64,000 bases of DNA from Nitrososphaeria archaeon (GTDB lineage: Archaea; Thermoproteota; Nitrososphaeria; Nitrososphaerales; JAAOZN01): NCBI GenBank assembly GCA_029775855.1, contig JARVJZ010000001.1:128001-192000 (forward strand). Reading direction: 5' to 3'. Of the stretch, positions 46,266 to 55,703 are shown piece after piece (positions within the stretch are counted from its first letter, which is position 1; each line of letters starts with the position of its first letter). Position numbers and translations under genes: made by a program. The notes beneath the pieces are model-generated. The model saw nothing but the letters and a program-made list of their open reading frames with translations. It did not search any database and had not been told where the DNA came from.

Positions 46266-47109
46266 GTAGATGTATTAGGAAGTTGATTACTCCTAATACG
46301 AGGTAAATAGCTTCTTCAGTTCGTATCGTTGCTGTGCCTTGATTTGGCACAAAGTTCAAGATCAAGTTCGCTATGTTTTGTATAGTAGTTCCCTCATCTC
46401 TCAATATTTCTTGCAATCCTCTTTTCGGTGAACCGAATAGAATTAGACACTTTTCAGAAGAATGCAACATGTTTTGCAGCAGCCGCCAGTTTTCAGTAAT
46501 AGGCTGACCTAATCTAGATGTTGCTATTACAAGAATGGGTTTAAGGCTTCTGACTAACTTGCTTAGATCTTCTGTCTGTTTCACTGTAAAGCCCCAATAT
46601 CCTTTGATTCCGCTTCTGTCGATTATGCTGCAAGTCAATTCTGGTTCGACGGCTTCTATCTTCACAGCTACTCTACCTATGCCAACATTCTCTTTATGTA
46701 GTAGGTGTGCGGGCTTCGGTAGCCCAACGTCAACATAGTATGTTCCTGAGCGTCTGTAGCAGTATCCTTCTCTTATGTCTCCAGCCTTCACCTCGCTTAG
46801 ATCTGTTTTGACGAGGTGGCTAGGCGTGCGGAGTGGGGGCATTAGCCCCGCATATGCCAATTCGGGCATCTTTGGGAAGAGGTGTTTTCTTAGGTATTGT
46901 GGTGCTTCGACATATTGTAGTAGTATGCTGAGGAGCCTCTGATCTTCTCTCCTTCTCTCTCCTCTGTCGTGGTAAATGTATATCCTAGTTACTCGGTGTA
47001 TAGCACAAGCTCTTGCTATGTAGCCGGCTTTTTCAGTCTTCTCCTTAAGATCTACACACTCCATTAACGTTGAATCCGGTATTGCAACCCATAGTTCAGT
47101 GTTAGTCAT
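46255..47109 (-). CDS. SPOUT-class RNA methyltransferase (DUF171)
   Basis: IARACAI, PQYLRK, PPLRTPSH, FGSPKRGL, PNQGTATIRTEEA. Confidence 0.9.
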   Translation of the reverse strand: MTNTELWVAIPDSTLMECVDLKEKTEKAGYIARACAIHRVTRIYIYHDRGERRREDQRLLSILLQYVEAPQYLRKHLFPKMPELAYAGLMPPLRTPSHLVKTDLSEVKAGDIREGYCYRRSGTYYVDVGLPKPAHLLHKENVGIGRVAVKIEAVEPELTCSIIDRSGIKGYWGFTVKQTEDLSKLVRSLKPILVIATSRLGQPITENWRLLQNMLHSSEKCLILFGSPKRGLQEILRDEGTTIQNIANLILNFVPNQGTATIRTEEAIYLVLGVINFLIHLPIS

Positions 47110-47166
47110 CGCTGCATATCATCAGCTAAGCCTATAAATAGGCTAATAGTGTTGGCTTATTTAGAT

Positions 47167-47556
47167 ATGAGCACCATAGACGCCCAATCACCTGAAGATA
47201 AGGACCTCGAGCTTATTAGGGCTAGAAAGATGATGGAGTTGAGGAAGAAGCTGCTTAAGCAGAGTGAATCAGCGAAGAAACCTGACCCCAGAAGTATTTT
47301 GGTTTCAAGGCTCGTGGATAGGGGGTTAGATGTGCTTGAAACCGCTGAAAGAACGTACCCTGAGGAGACCAAGCTTGTTGTTAAGAAGTTAGCCGAGCTT
47401 ATAGAGCAAGGCTACATTAAGGGATATATTACTGGAGGAGAGCTACTGACTCTCTTTAGGGCTCTAGGCATGCCGATTCGCGTTGAAACGACTATATCTA
47501 TAGTGGAGGATGGGCGTCTAGTTCCGTTGGCGGATAAGCTGAGGGGTAAGGATTAA
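47167..47556 (+). CDS. PDCD5-like DNA-binding protein
   Basis: DLELIRARKMMELR, ITGGELLTLF; TATAAATA box about 27 nt before ATG 47167. Confidence 0.7.
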   Translation: MSTIDAQSPEDKDLELIRARKMMELRKKLLKQSESAKKPDPRSILVSRLVDRGLDVLETAERTYPEETKLVVKKLAELIEQGYIKGYITGGELLTLFRALGMPIRVETTISIVEDGRLVPLADKLRGKD

Positions 47557-49010
47557 CCCTTTACCACACCGAGAGGCACAAGTCTAGCAACCCTAGTCGC
47601 TATTCCAACTGCGTGTGAGACCTCCGCCACTTCATCGACATTCTTGTATGCGGCGGGAGCCTCTTCAGCCACACCTCTCCAGCTAGCAGCTTCTATCATT
47701 ACGCCTTTAGATTCAAGTTCTCTCTTTATCCTATCTGCAGTGTAAGCCTTAACAGCAGCCGCCCTAGAAAGCATTCTCCCAGCACCGTGCGCAGTGGAGC
47801 CGAAGCTAAGCTCCATAGCTTTGGCTGTGCCTTTAAGAACCCATGAGGATGTGCCCATCGAGCCGGGTATAAGTACTGGTTGACCTACTTCCCTATATTG
47901 TTGTGGTATCGCGTCGCTTCCGGCTGGGAAGGCTCTTGTGGCGCCTTTTCTATGGACAACCACCTTCTTCATCGAGCCATCTATATTGTGGTATTCGTAT
48001 TTAGCTATGTTGTGTGCTACATCGTAGACTAATTTCATCCCAAGGTCTTCTTCGCTCATCTTGAAAACTTTTCTAAACGCTTCTCTTACCCAATGTGTAA
48101 TCATCTGCCTATTTGACCAAGCGAAGTTAAGGGCAGATGCCATTGCCTTCATGTAATTTTCAGCCTCCTTAGAATACATTGGTGCGCACGCTAGTTCCCT
48201 ATCTGGTAGATTTATGCCATATTTTTTTGAAGCCGCTTCGATTATTCTAAGATAGTCGCTGCAGACTTGATGCCCCAAGCCCCTTGAACCCGTGTGCACC
48301 AAGACGACTACTTGTTTTTCTTCTGTTATTCCATATTTTGATGCGGCTTCTTTATCAAATATTTTGTCCACAAGCTGAACTTCAAGGAAGTGGTTTCCAG
48401 AACCTAGGCTTCCCAGTTGAGGCGCACCTCTACTCTTAGCTGTGTTTGAGACAACAGATGGATCTGCACCTTTCATCACACCTTGCTCTTCACACATCTC
48501 TTTGTCTTGACTCCACCCATAACCTTTTGAAATAGCCCAATTCACACCTTCACTTAACACATTATCTAATTCACTCGAGGAAAGTTTTATTATAGCTTGG
48601 CTTCCAAGCCCTGAAGGCACCATCCTGTATATAGTTTGAAGAAGCTCCTTCAAATGGGGTCTGACATCCTTCTCCGTAAGGTTCGTTCTAATCAATCTGA
48701 CACCACAGTTTATATCATAGCCCACCCCACCGGGTGAAACCACCCCTTTCTCAGCATCGCTCGCAGCAACCCCTCCTATTGGGAAGCCGTAGCCCTCATG
48801 CCCGTCTGGAAGCACTATTACGTGCTTGTATAGGTTGGGTAGGTGGGCTACATTAACAGCTTGATCTATGGTTCTATCTGTGAGCATCTTGGATAAGAGT
48901 TCGTCACTGGCGTATATCGTAACTGGAACCTTCATTTCCGGTTTGAAGCCTGCTTCGATTCGGTGCTCCACTGGGCTTATCCTTTTGATTGGAAACCTTT
49001 GTTGGCTCAT
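47553..49010 (-). CDS. rtcB: RNA-splicing ligase RtcB
   Basis: PDGHEGYGFPIG, GYDINCG, GSGNHF, HTGSRG, HNIA, HRKGAT, HGAGR. Confidence 0.97.
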   Translation of the reverse strand: MSQQRFPIKRISPVEHRIEAGFKPEMKVPVTIYASDELLSKMLTDRTIDQAVNVAHLPNLYKHVIVLPDGHEGYGFPIGGVAASDAEKGVVSPGGVGYDINCGVRLIRTNLTEKDVRPHLKELLQTIYRMVPSGLGSQAIIKLSSSELDNVLSEGVNWAISKGYGWSQDKEMCEEQGVMKGADPSVVSNTAKSRGAPQLGSLGSGNHFLEVQLVDKIFDKEAASKYGITEEKQVVVLVHTGSRGLGHQVCSDYLRIIEAASKKYGINLPDRELACAPMYSKEAENYMKAMASALNFAWSNRQMITHWVREAFRKVFKMSEEDLGMKLVYDVAHNIAKYEYHNIDGSMKKVVVHRKGATRAFPAGSDAIPQQYREVGQPVLIPGSMGTSSWVLKGTAKAMELSFGSTAHGAGRMLSRAAAVKAYTADRIKRELESKGVMIEAASWRGVAEEAPAAYKNVDEVAEVSHAVGIATRVARLVPLGVVKG

Positions 49011-49056
49011 TTAATCCACCTGAATAGAATCTCCTACTCTATCCTATTCTTTTTTA

Positions 49057-50388
49057 TTACTTGCTTGTATTATAAGGGTTTCTAGTTTCTTCTATAATTA
49101 TCTTGTGTATGCCTGTGCTGTATTGTAGGGCTTTCTTCGGTGCGTCAACTATTTCTCTCGGTAGGTTAAGCATTTCAGCAGCCCGCCTTAAAACTATCTT
49201 TCTTCTGTTTGCATCCACCTTCAACTCAGGATGTATCTTAAGAGCATATTCAACTAATGGTTTAGATGCATAGGGTAGGCATAGGTCTACATATGGTGCT
49301 GAAGCATATTCATCCCTCTCTAACCCCCTTTGAGATGATAAAACATCTTCAACCATAAGCTTCTGTAGTTCCCCTACACCCTTCAACTTGTAAGCGTTTT
49401 GGTAGCGCATATACCCCCCAAAGAGTTCATCCGCTAGTTGCCCAAGCATAAGGCTCTCATAACCTTCTTCTCTAGCTCTGCTAGCCATAAGCTCCACTCC
49501 AACTGCTATGCTTAGGTTAAGTGGATTGAAGATGGTGTTTCTTAATCTGCTGCTAGCCTTTTTTACATCTTCGACTTGAATAATGTAGGCTTCAAAGTCT
49601 AGACCGAGTAACTCTGCCGCTCTACTGCTCCACTCTAAATCTCTAGAACCCTCTATGCCGATGCATAACATCTTAACATTTTTTTCACAAGATGCCAACT
49701 TGGCTAGAATCGCACTATCTAAACCGCCTGAAAACCCTAGAACTGTGCTTTCAGGCTTGCTTAATCTCGCCTTTAGTGAACGTTTAAGCAGCTTTAAAAC
49801 AGCTTCAGCAGCCGCATCAAGGTTGTCGATGGAAGGTTCGCCTCTTTCAACTTTGATTGGATAGTGTTGCTTCTCATCATAAGATAGGTAAAGAATAGAC
49901 GCCTTAGGTGCTTCTATTGCATCGAACCCTAATGCTTCTAACGCTGCTTTCTCGCTGGCTGCTGCGATATAGTCGGTTTTTTGCGTGTAGTAGAGTGGTT
50001 TTTGACCTAGGTGGTCTCTTATCAGCGTCACCTCATCTTTACCAACTATAATCATCGAGTAGGCTCCGTCGACAGAATTTAGCAGCTCAGCCGCTTCGTC
50101 AAAGCAACCATTCATAAGTAGAAGGTGTAGCCTTTCTAAGTCAAACTGCTCTGGCTCATAGATTTCGCCGTGCATAGGTAATGAGGGTAGCTCTCCTTCG
50201 AACCTTAGGCACACCCCTACCTTTGCTTGCTGGGAGCCTTCTCCCTCATCGCGGATACACGCATCACTACATTCTGAATATAGTGTATAGCCGTATGTTG
50301 CTCTTCGCCGCATCTGTTGAAGTATCTTCGTTAACTTGTCTTCTTCGCCTCTGCCTAAGTAGGCTGCTAACCCGCTTACTGGGTTCAT
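49057..50388 (-). CDS. Asparagine-synthetase-like PP-loop protein with degenerate Ntn domain
   Basis: RDHLGQKPLYY, FSGGLDS, GQLADELFGGY, PKKALQY; no N-terminal Cys. Confidence 0.8.
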   Translation of the reverse strand: MNPVSGLAAYLGRGEEDKLTKILQQMRRRATYGYTLYSECSDACIRDEGEGSQQAKVGVCLRFEGELPSLPMHGEIYEPEQFDLERLHLLLMNGCFDEAAELLNSVDGAYSMIIVGKDEVTLIRDHLGQKPLYYTQKTDYIAAASEKAALEALGFDAIEAPKASILYLSYDEKQHYPIKVERGEPSIDNLDAAAEAVLKLLKRSLKARLSKPESTVLGFSGGLDSAILAKLASCEKNVKMLCIGIEGSRDLEWSSRAAELLGLDFEAYIIQVEDVKKASSRLRNTIFNPLNLSIAVGVELMASRAREEGYESLMLGQLADELFGGYMRYQNAYKLKGVGELQKLMVEDVLSSQRGLERDEYASAPYVDLCLPYASKPLVEYALKIHPELKVDANRRKIVLRRAAEMLNLPREIVDAPKKALQYSTGIHKIIIEETRNPYNTSK

Positions 50389-52544
50389 AGTATGTTTTGA
50401 ACCTGTTTCTTTATCTTTTTAGCTAATGCCAGTCCTATTTTAGGTATGGCTGATAGCTGCTCTTCTTTGGCTGAAGCGAGCTTTGATAGGTCTGTAAAGC
50501 CTCGACTGTATAGCGCTCTTGCTCTAACACGCCCTATACCTTCTAGCTTAGTGAGGGGTAGAAGTTCAGATCTTACACCATACTTGACTCTGAGCCTCAT
50601 CTCCTCTATCGCGTCAACAATATGATTAATTTGAAGCATCTTAGCTATCTCCTTCAAGGAGTAAAGTAGCCATTCGCCGTTTTCAGTGATTCTGTAAAGG
50701 TCTCCTGGCTCTACACCATACTTCTCTAAGATGGTATCTTCGCTAGCTTCTCTTATCCAAGCATCTAATACAAGCAGGTTTCTGAATGGCTCTATGTCTC
50801 CTATGTAGTTTTCATCTCCATATGGTTCTATAAGGAACTCATCATAATGCTCCTCTATATATTCCCGAGCTTCCACTGTGTCTTTGCTTCTTAAGCCTAA
50901 CCTAGGCGACATATCTGGGGCTATTGAGATCAAGTGAATAAAACCGGCATCATATCTCCGACCTATCTTGCACCGCTGCAGCGCTCTCTTAAAGAGCACG
51001 CCGGTCTCGGGGTCTATGTAGAGTAATGATATTCTCTTTCCGAATTCTGTCGCCATATATCTTTTACCGACTTTAACTATCAACTCGTCGCGAAGCAGTT
51101 TCTCTAGGCATCTGCTTAACCTAATCTTGACGGTTGGGCGCCTATACTGAAGCGCGAAGAGTGTATTAGAAAAGAATTCCTCAATATCTTCATCACTTAA
51201 CCCAGGTATGCTAGCTACTGTAGCTAAAAGATGTGTCCGAAGTGTGCCTTCTTCTGCTAGCTGAGATGTTATCGGCTCAGGCTCGCCTTTTATGTAGTTT
51301 TCGAATAGCTCTTCTTTGGTAAAAGAGGGCGACGCTACTAGAATCGTCTCACCGATTTCGTCAAACTTAGGTCTACCAGCTCTACCACACATCTGCTTGT
51401 ATTCTAGCACAGAAATTAGGTTCTGTCCACCGTATTCTGCATCGTATCGGTAGAGGCTGGATATAACAACTCGCCTAGCTGGAAGATTTACACCAGCAGC
51501 GAGTGTTGGTGTCGCCACTAAGATCTTTATCAACCTCTTTCTATAAGCTTCCTCTACGATTCTTCTGTGTATAGGTGCTAGTCCAGCGTGGTGAAAGGCT
51601 GAGCCGAGTTGAACCGCTTCAGCTAGTGCTCTGCTTAAAGAGGTTTCTTCACTTTCAGTTAATATGCTTCTGCTTAATTTATCCAATTCTTCTTTCTCTC
51701 TATCTGTCAAATAGCTTTTAGTAACTTCAGACGCCTTTGAAGCCAAGCTTACAGCTCTTCTTCTAGTATCAGCAAAGATCAATGCTTGCCCTCCGTCTTC
51801 AAGCACATCTGCAGCTACATCTATCGCAGCCCCTCTACCAGTATTCCTAACAGTTTTAACCCTACCATCAGCATATATGATCCTACCGTGCTCCCACACT
51901 CCCTCAACGAGCTTGACTGGTCTCCAATTGATGTTGATAAGCTCGGCGTTAAGCCACCTAGCTATTGTAGAGCCGTTGGTTATCGTGGCACTCAAACCTA
52001 TTATTTGAGAATCAGCTGAGAAGGCTCTAATCTTGGTCAATATGCTTTCTAAAGTCGCTCCTCTTCTAGGCGAGCCAACAAGGTGAACTTCATCAGCCAC
52101 ATAGAGCTTAACATCATCCAACCAAGACGCACCGTGTCTAAGTATAGAGTCAAACCGCTCGTTAGTGAGTATAAGCAAATCACCGTCCCTAAGAAACTCG
52201 CCAGAAGAATCATAGTCCCCAGTCGAAATGCGCACATTAACCATCGATCCATTAGGCTTAACCAAAGATTCAAGTATCTTAAATTCTTCAAACTTTTCAG
52301 CAGCCAGAGCCCTTAAAGGTGTTAGATAGACAACCTTACATCCATCCTCTAAAATCCTCTTACCCGCAGCAAGCAGTGCAACTAAGGTCTTACCGCTAGC
52401 AGTAGGTGTAGTTAGAAGAACACTTTCGCCTTGAAGCACACCTCTTTTCACAGCTTCCTCTTGAGGAGGGTAAAGCTCTACATACCCCATCTCCTCTAAG
52501 AGGTCAGCCAAGCTTCTGGGTATGGGTATTTCCCTTATTCGCAA
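50385..52544 (-). CDS. hel308: Ski2-like DNA helicase Hel308
   Basis: PTASGKT, DEVH, SAT, FHHAGL, TLAAGVNLPA, QMCGRAGRP, C-terminal HhH. Confidence 0.93.
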   Translation of the reverse strand: MRIREIPIPRSLADLLEEMGYVELYPPQEEAVKRGVLQGESVLLTTPTASGKTLVALLAAGKRILEDGCKVVYLTPLRALAAEKFEEFKILESLVKPNGSMVNVRISTGDYDSSGEFLRDGDLLILTNERFDSILRHGASWLDDVKLYVADEVHLVGSPRRGATLESILTKIRAFSADSQIIGLSATITNGSTIARWLNAELININWRPVKLVEGVWEHGRIIYADGRVKTVRNTGRGAAIDVAADVLEDGGQALIFADTRRRAVSLASKASEVTKSYLTDREKEELDKLSRSILTESEETSLSRALAEAVQLGSAFHHAGLAPIHRRIVEEAYRKRLIKILVATPTLAAGVNLPARRVVISSLYRYDAEYGGQNLISVLEYKQMCGRAGRPKFDEIGETILVASPSFTKEELFENYIKGEPEPITSQLAEEGTLRTHLLATVASIPGLSDEDIEEFFSNTLFALQYRRPTVKIRLSRCLEKLLRDELIVKVGKRYMATEFGKRISLLYIDPETGVLFKRALQRCKIGRRYDAGFIHLISIAPDMSPRLGLRSKDTVEAREYIEEHYDEFLIEPYGDENYIGDIEPFRNLLVLDAWIREASEDTILEKYGVEPGDLYRITENGEWLLYSLKEIAKMLQINHIVDAIEEMRLRVKYGVRSELLPLTKLEGIGRVRARALYSRGFTDLSKLASAKEEQLSAIPKIGLALAKKIKKQVQNIL

Positions 52545-52553
52545 AGGGTCTGC

Positions 52554-54605
52554 TCACACAGCTTTTCTAAAGTAGCCTGGTTTTACTTCATATATCTGCC
52601 CACTTCTATGTAGTATCTGTAGCATACGCTCAGCATCTTCTCTCTTGAACTTTCCAGTTTTAATGAGCTCGTCTATGAATGCCTTGCCATCTACAGGTTT
52701 CTGCTCTGCTCCGGTAAGAGACTTAAAGACTTCTAAGGCCGTTTCGAGCAGTGTTCTCTCGCTTAGAGGTTTACCGTGTAAGACTCCAAAGTCTACTTTG
52801 CCCGTTCTTACATCAACGCTTGCTGTGCTGAGCATCCTTTCCATTAGCGATATCGCTCTTAACGCGTCTTCCTCATTTACCTTATCACGCAGCATAAGCC
52901 TCGCTCTAGCTGTTGCCAACCTAATTAACGACTCGAGCTGCCTAGGTGTAATAGTTATCATAGCAGCGTCCCCCACACTTCTCATCTTGAGATAGTATTC
53001 CAGCAGCTTCTCTTCAGCTTCAGGCGTAAGCGTTGGGTTGATTCTCTTAGCGTAAATTATGTATTTCCGTAAAAGGTCTATACTGATAGGCGGGGGAGTG
53101 GCGAATGCACCCTTCCTATGTGTCTCAAGAATATGTCTTGCAACTCTCTCATCGCCAGACCTCTCAGGAAGATCTCTCAAAACAAATATTAAATCAAACC
53201 TTGTAAGAAGCGGAATGGGTAAGTTAACATTATCCGTCAAATTATGATGCGGATCATATTTGCCAAATGTAGGGTTTAGCGCTGCAAGTATGGCTGTTCT
53301 AGCGTTCAATGTGGCCACTATACCACCTTTGGCTACGCTACAAGTCTGCTGCTCCATACATTCGTGCAAAGCGCTTCTATCCTCAGGTCTCATCTTATCA
53401 AACTCATCAATACAAGCCAAGCCTTGATCAGCCAAGACGACAGCTCCAGCTTCAAGCATCATCATCCCCGTCTTCTCTCTAACAACAGCAGCCGTAAGAC
53501 CAGCAGCTGTAGAACCTCTACCAGAAGTATAAAGTGCTCTAGGTGCAACTCTAGCCACATACTTTAACATTTCAGATTTAGCTGTTCCTGGATCGCCAAT
53601 TAAAAGCACATTTATATCCCCTCTTAGCGTCGTACCATCTTCAAGAACGCGTTGAGGCGCACCTACGATCTGAAGTAGTATAGCTTCCTTTTGTGTTTCG
53701 TATCCGTAGATGGATGGCGCAACTGATGAGATCAGTCTTTCATACGCTGCGGTTTGTGAAGCGATGCTCTTTATGATCTCCTCATCTTCCTTTGTTATCT
53801 GAATCTTCTCAGGTGTTTCTCCTAGAGTTTCTACATTGTTGCCATCTAACCTAGATCTGAAGAGTCTAAACTTGACTCCCGCTTGAGCAGTTTCAGGCTC
53901 GGCCCTCAAGATTCCAGTTACTATTACTCTATCTCCTGGTCTTGCTTTGTTTACAAGGTCTCCTATTAAGCTTACATCTGTTGTTTGAGGTAGCTGCCCA
54001 GCCGGTAGCTCTTCGGGTAATTCCTGTATTCTTATGACTTGATAGTCTACAAACTCTGTCTTCTTTGGATCTAACTCGAATTCTTTAGCTTCATCGCACT
54101 CTTGGCATCTTCTAGGTTTCTGTAGGATAAGCCCTTTCTGCTCTATCATCGTGATATGCCCACCTTTTCTACATCGCCAAGCAGCCTTTACTGCCAGAGG
54201 CCTTAATTCTGATGTGCGCACCACCATTCCCGCGACTGAAATAAGCTGATCTAAATACTCGGTTGTTATTCGTCTTAATTCAACCCTGGTTGGTAACCCT
54301 CTGATTCTGACGGTCAGCTCATTCCGTATCCTCTCAGCATATGTTGCGTTTTCAACTCTAAGGGCTTCGTATGCTGCGCGATTAAAGGCTGCAAGTGTCT
54401 CATCTGGTTCACGACAGAGCTTTTCTGCTACATCAACATTAAAGAATGATAGATCATCAAAGTCTACAAGAAGAGATTTTGCGCCTGATGGGGGTATCTG
54501 AGATATACGCTCCCTATATTTTAACACGCCACTTCTATCTCTAAAGGTCTTGAGGAAGTCGCTGAGTATGTCCTGCAGACTCGCTTGTGTGAGTTCAGCC
54601 ATCAC
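52554..54605 (-). CDS. mcm: Replicative helicase MCM, no intein
   Basis: GDPGTAKS, AAGLTAAV, CIDEFDKM, TRFD, TPRQLESLIRL. Confidence 0.97.
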   Translation of the reverse strand: MMAELTQASLQDILSDFLKTFRDRSGVLKYRERISQIPPSGAKSLLVDFDDLSFFNVDVAEKLCREPDETLAAFNRAAYEALRVENATYAERIRNELTVRIRGLPTRVELRRITTEYLDQLISVAGMVVRTSELRPLAVKAAWRCRKGGHITMIEQKGLILQKPRRCQECDEAKEFELDPKKTEFVDYQVIRIQELPEELPAGQLPQTTDVSLIGDLVNKARPGDRVIVTGILRAEPETAQAGVKFRLFRSRLDGNNVETLGETPEKIQITKEDEEIIKSIASQTAAYERLISSVAPSIYGYETQKEAILLQIVGAPQRVLEDGTTLRGDINVLLIGDPGTAKSEMLKYVARVAPRALYTSGRGSTAAGLTAAVVREKTGMMMLEAGAVVLADQGLACIDEFDKMRPEDRSALHECMEQQTCSVAKGGIVATLNARTAILAALNPTFGKYDPHHNLTDNVNLPIPLLTRFDLIFVLRDLPERSGDERVARHILETHRKGAFATPPPISIDLLRKYIIYAKRINPTLTPEAEEKLLEYYLKMRSVGDAAMITITPRQLESLIRLATARARLMLRDKVNEEDALRAISLMERMLSTASVDVRTGKVDFGVLHGKPLSERTLLETALEVFKSLTGAEQKPVDGKAFIDELIKTGKFKREDAERMLQILHRSGQIYEVKPGYFRKAV

Positions 54606-55183
54606 GCTTCACCTATCACTGAAGATAACCAACCTTTTATCAAACTTTTGACAGCTTCAACGAGCTTCTGTTCTTCAGGCGTAGTCTTCTCAACTAAATC
54701 CACGGGTAGAGCTGAGGCTGAAGCTATGTAGAGAAGCTTCTGAACTCTATACCTCATGAGATCTCTCGCAGCTGCAGCATCCTTCTCCAACTGCGCAACA
54801 AACTTAGGGTCGCTACGAGCCTTCTTTGATAGGTCCTCAAGAAAGACCTTCAGATTAACATAAAAATCCTTCTTTAAGGTTGAAAGTTGCAGAGGTCCTT
54901 GCATTCGCTCTCTGCTGAGCGATTTGAAGAGTTCTACTTCGAACCCTTCGTTTGGCGTGTATGCTAAACCAAGATTAATCAATATTTCACCCACCCATCT
55001 GGGAACCTCCAAACTAGTCCCCTCAGCTTGCTCGTCTATCTTAAATGATGGGAGATTGATGCTGGGGATATTCTGCTTAAGAATAATTTTGAGGGGCGCT
55101 AAGGCTGAAAGGTTCCCTCTTGCCTCCATAAGGAATTCTATGGGTGAGGTTGCGTTCCCCATGTCAGACACTTCTCCTACCAT
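54602..55183 (-). CDS. GINS complex subunit (Gins23/Psf2-like)
   Basis: B domain EVPRWVG followed by helical A domain, TPEE; overlaps the mcm start. Confidence 0.8.
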   Translation of the reverse strand: MVGEVSDMGNATSPIEFLMEARGNLSALAPLKIILKQNIPSINLPSFKIDEQAEGTSLEVPRWVGEILINLGLAYTPNEGFEVELFKSLSRERMQGPLQLSTLKKDFYVNLKVFLEDLSKKARSDPKFVAQLEKDAAAARDLMRYRVQKLLYIASASALPVDLVEKTTPEEQKLVEAVKSLIKGWLSSVIGEA

Positions 55184-55342
55184 TCTATCTAATCCTATGC
55201 TTTAAACTTGCTCCTGAACTTATTCAGCTAAAAATATAAAGAGTTAAATTGATTGAACACAATTATAATATCTTGATGTCAACCAAAGAAGCGTTGCGCA
55301 TAAATGCAAACAATTTTATGGCATCAGAGGTGAAGTAAGGCT

Positions 55343-55699
55343 ATGGCTACACTTGAAGAGAGAATAAAAGCGGTTATAGCGCGAATAAATAGAGAAATCG
55401 GTGAAGACGCAGCCCTACGCTACGAAGGATTCGAAAAGGGCATCCTTAAACTTAGACCCTCTGAAGCCTGCTCTGACTGCAAACTTTTAGCCTTCGAGCT
55501 TCAAAAAGGGATACTTAACACCATCAAAGAAGAAGTTCCTGAAGTTTTATGCATATTACCACTTGGTCCAGCGTTTGCAGAAGCCTTCTGCGACAAGTGT
55601 CATATGCCTCTTGAGAAGTGTGTTTGCGCTTGCCCCTACTGTGGAAAGGTTGATGACTGCGACTGTGCTTTAGGCTATGGAAGAGCAACAGGCGGTTAG
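55343..55699 (+). CDS. NifU/Nfu-like domain fused to an 8-Cys tail ending in Gly-Gly
   Basis: LKLRPSEACSDC...IKEEVPEV; CDKC...CVCACPYCG...CDC...ATGG-stop; GAGGTGA SD. Confidence 0.75.
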   Translation: MATLEERIKAVIARINREIGEDAALRYEGFEKGILKLRPSEACSDCKLLAFELQKGILNTIKEEVPEVLCILPLGPAFAEAFCDKCHMPLEKCVCACPYCGKVDDCDCALGYGRATGG

Positions 55700-55703
55700 T
55701 TCT

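Noticed and set aside
55184-55342. Replication origin next to gins-mcm
   Set aside because: Short gap with divergent promoters, no ORB/G-string repeats and no cdc6 in the window
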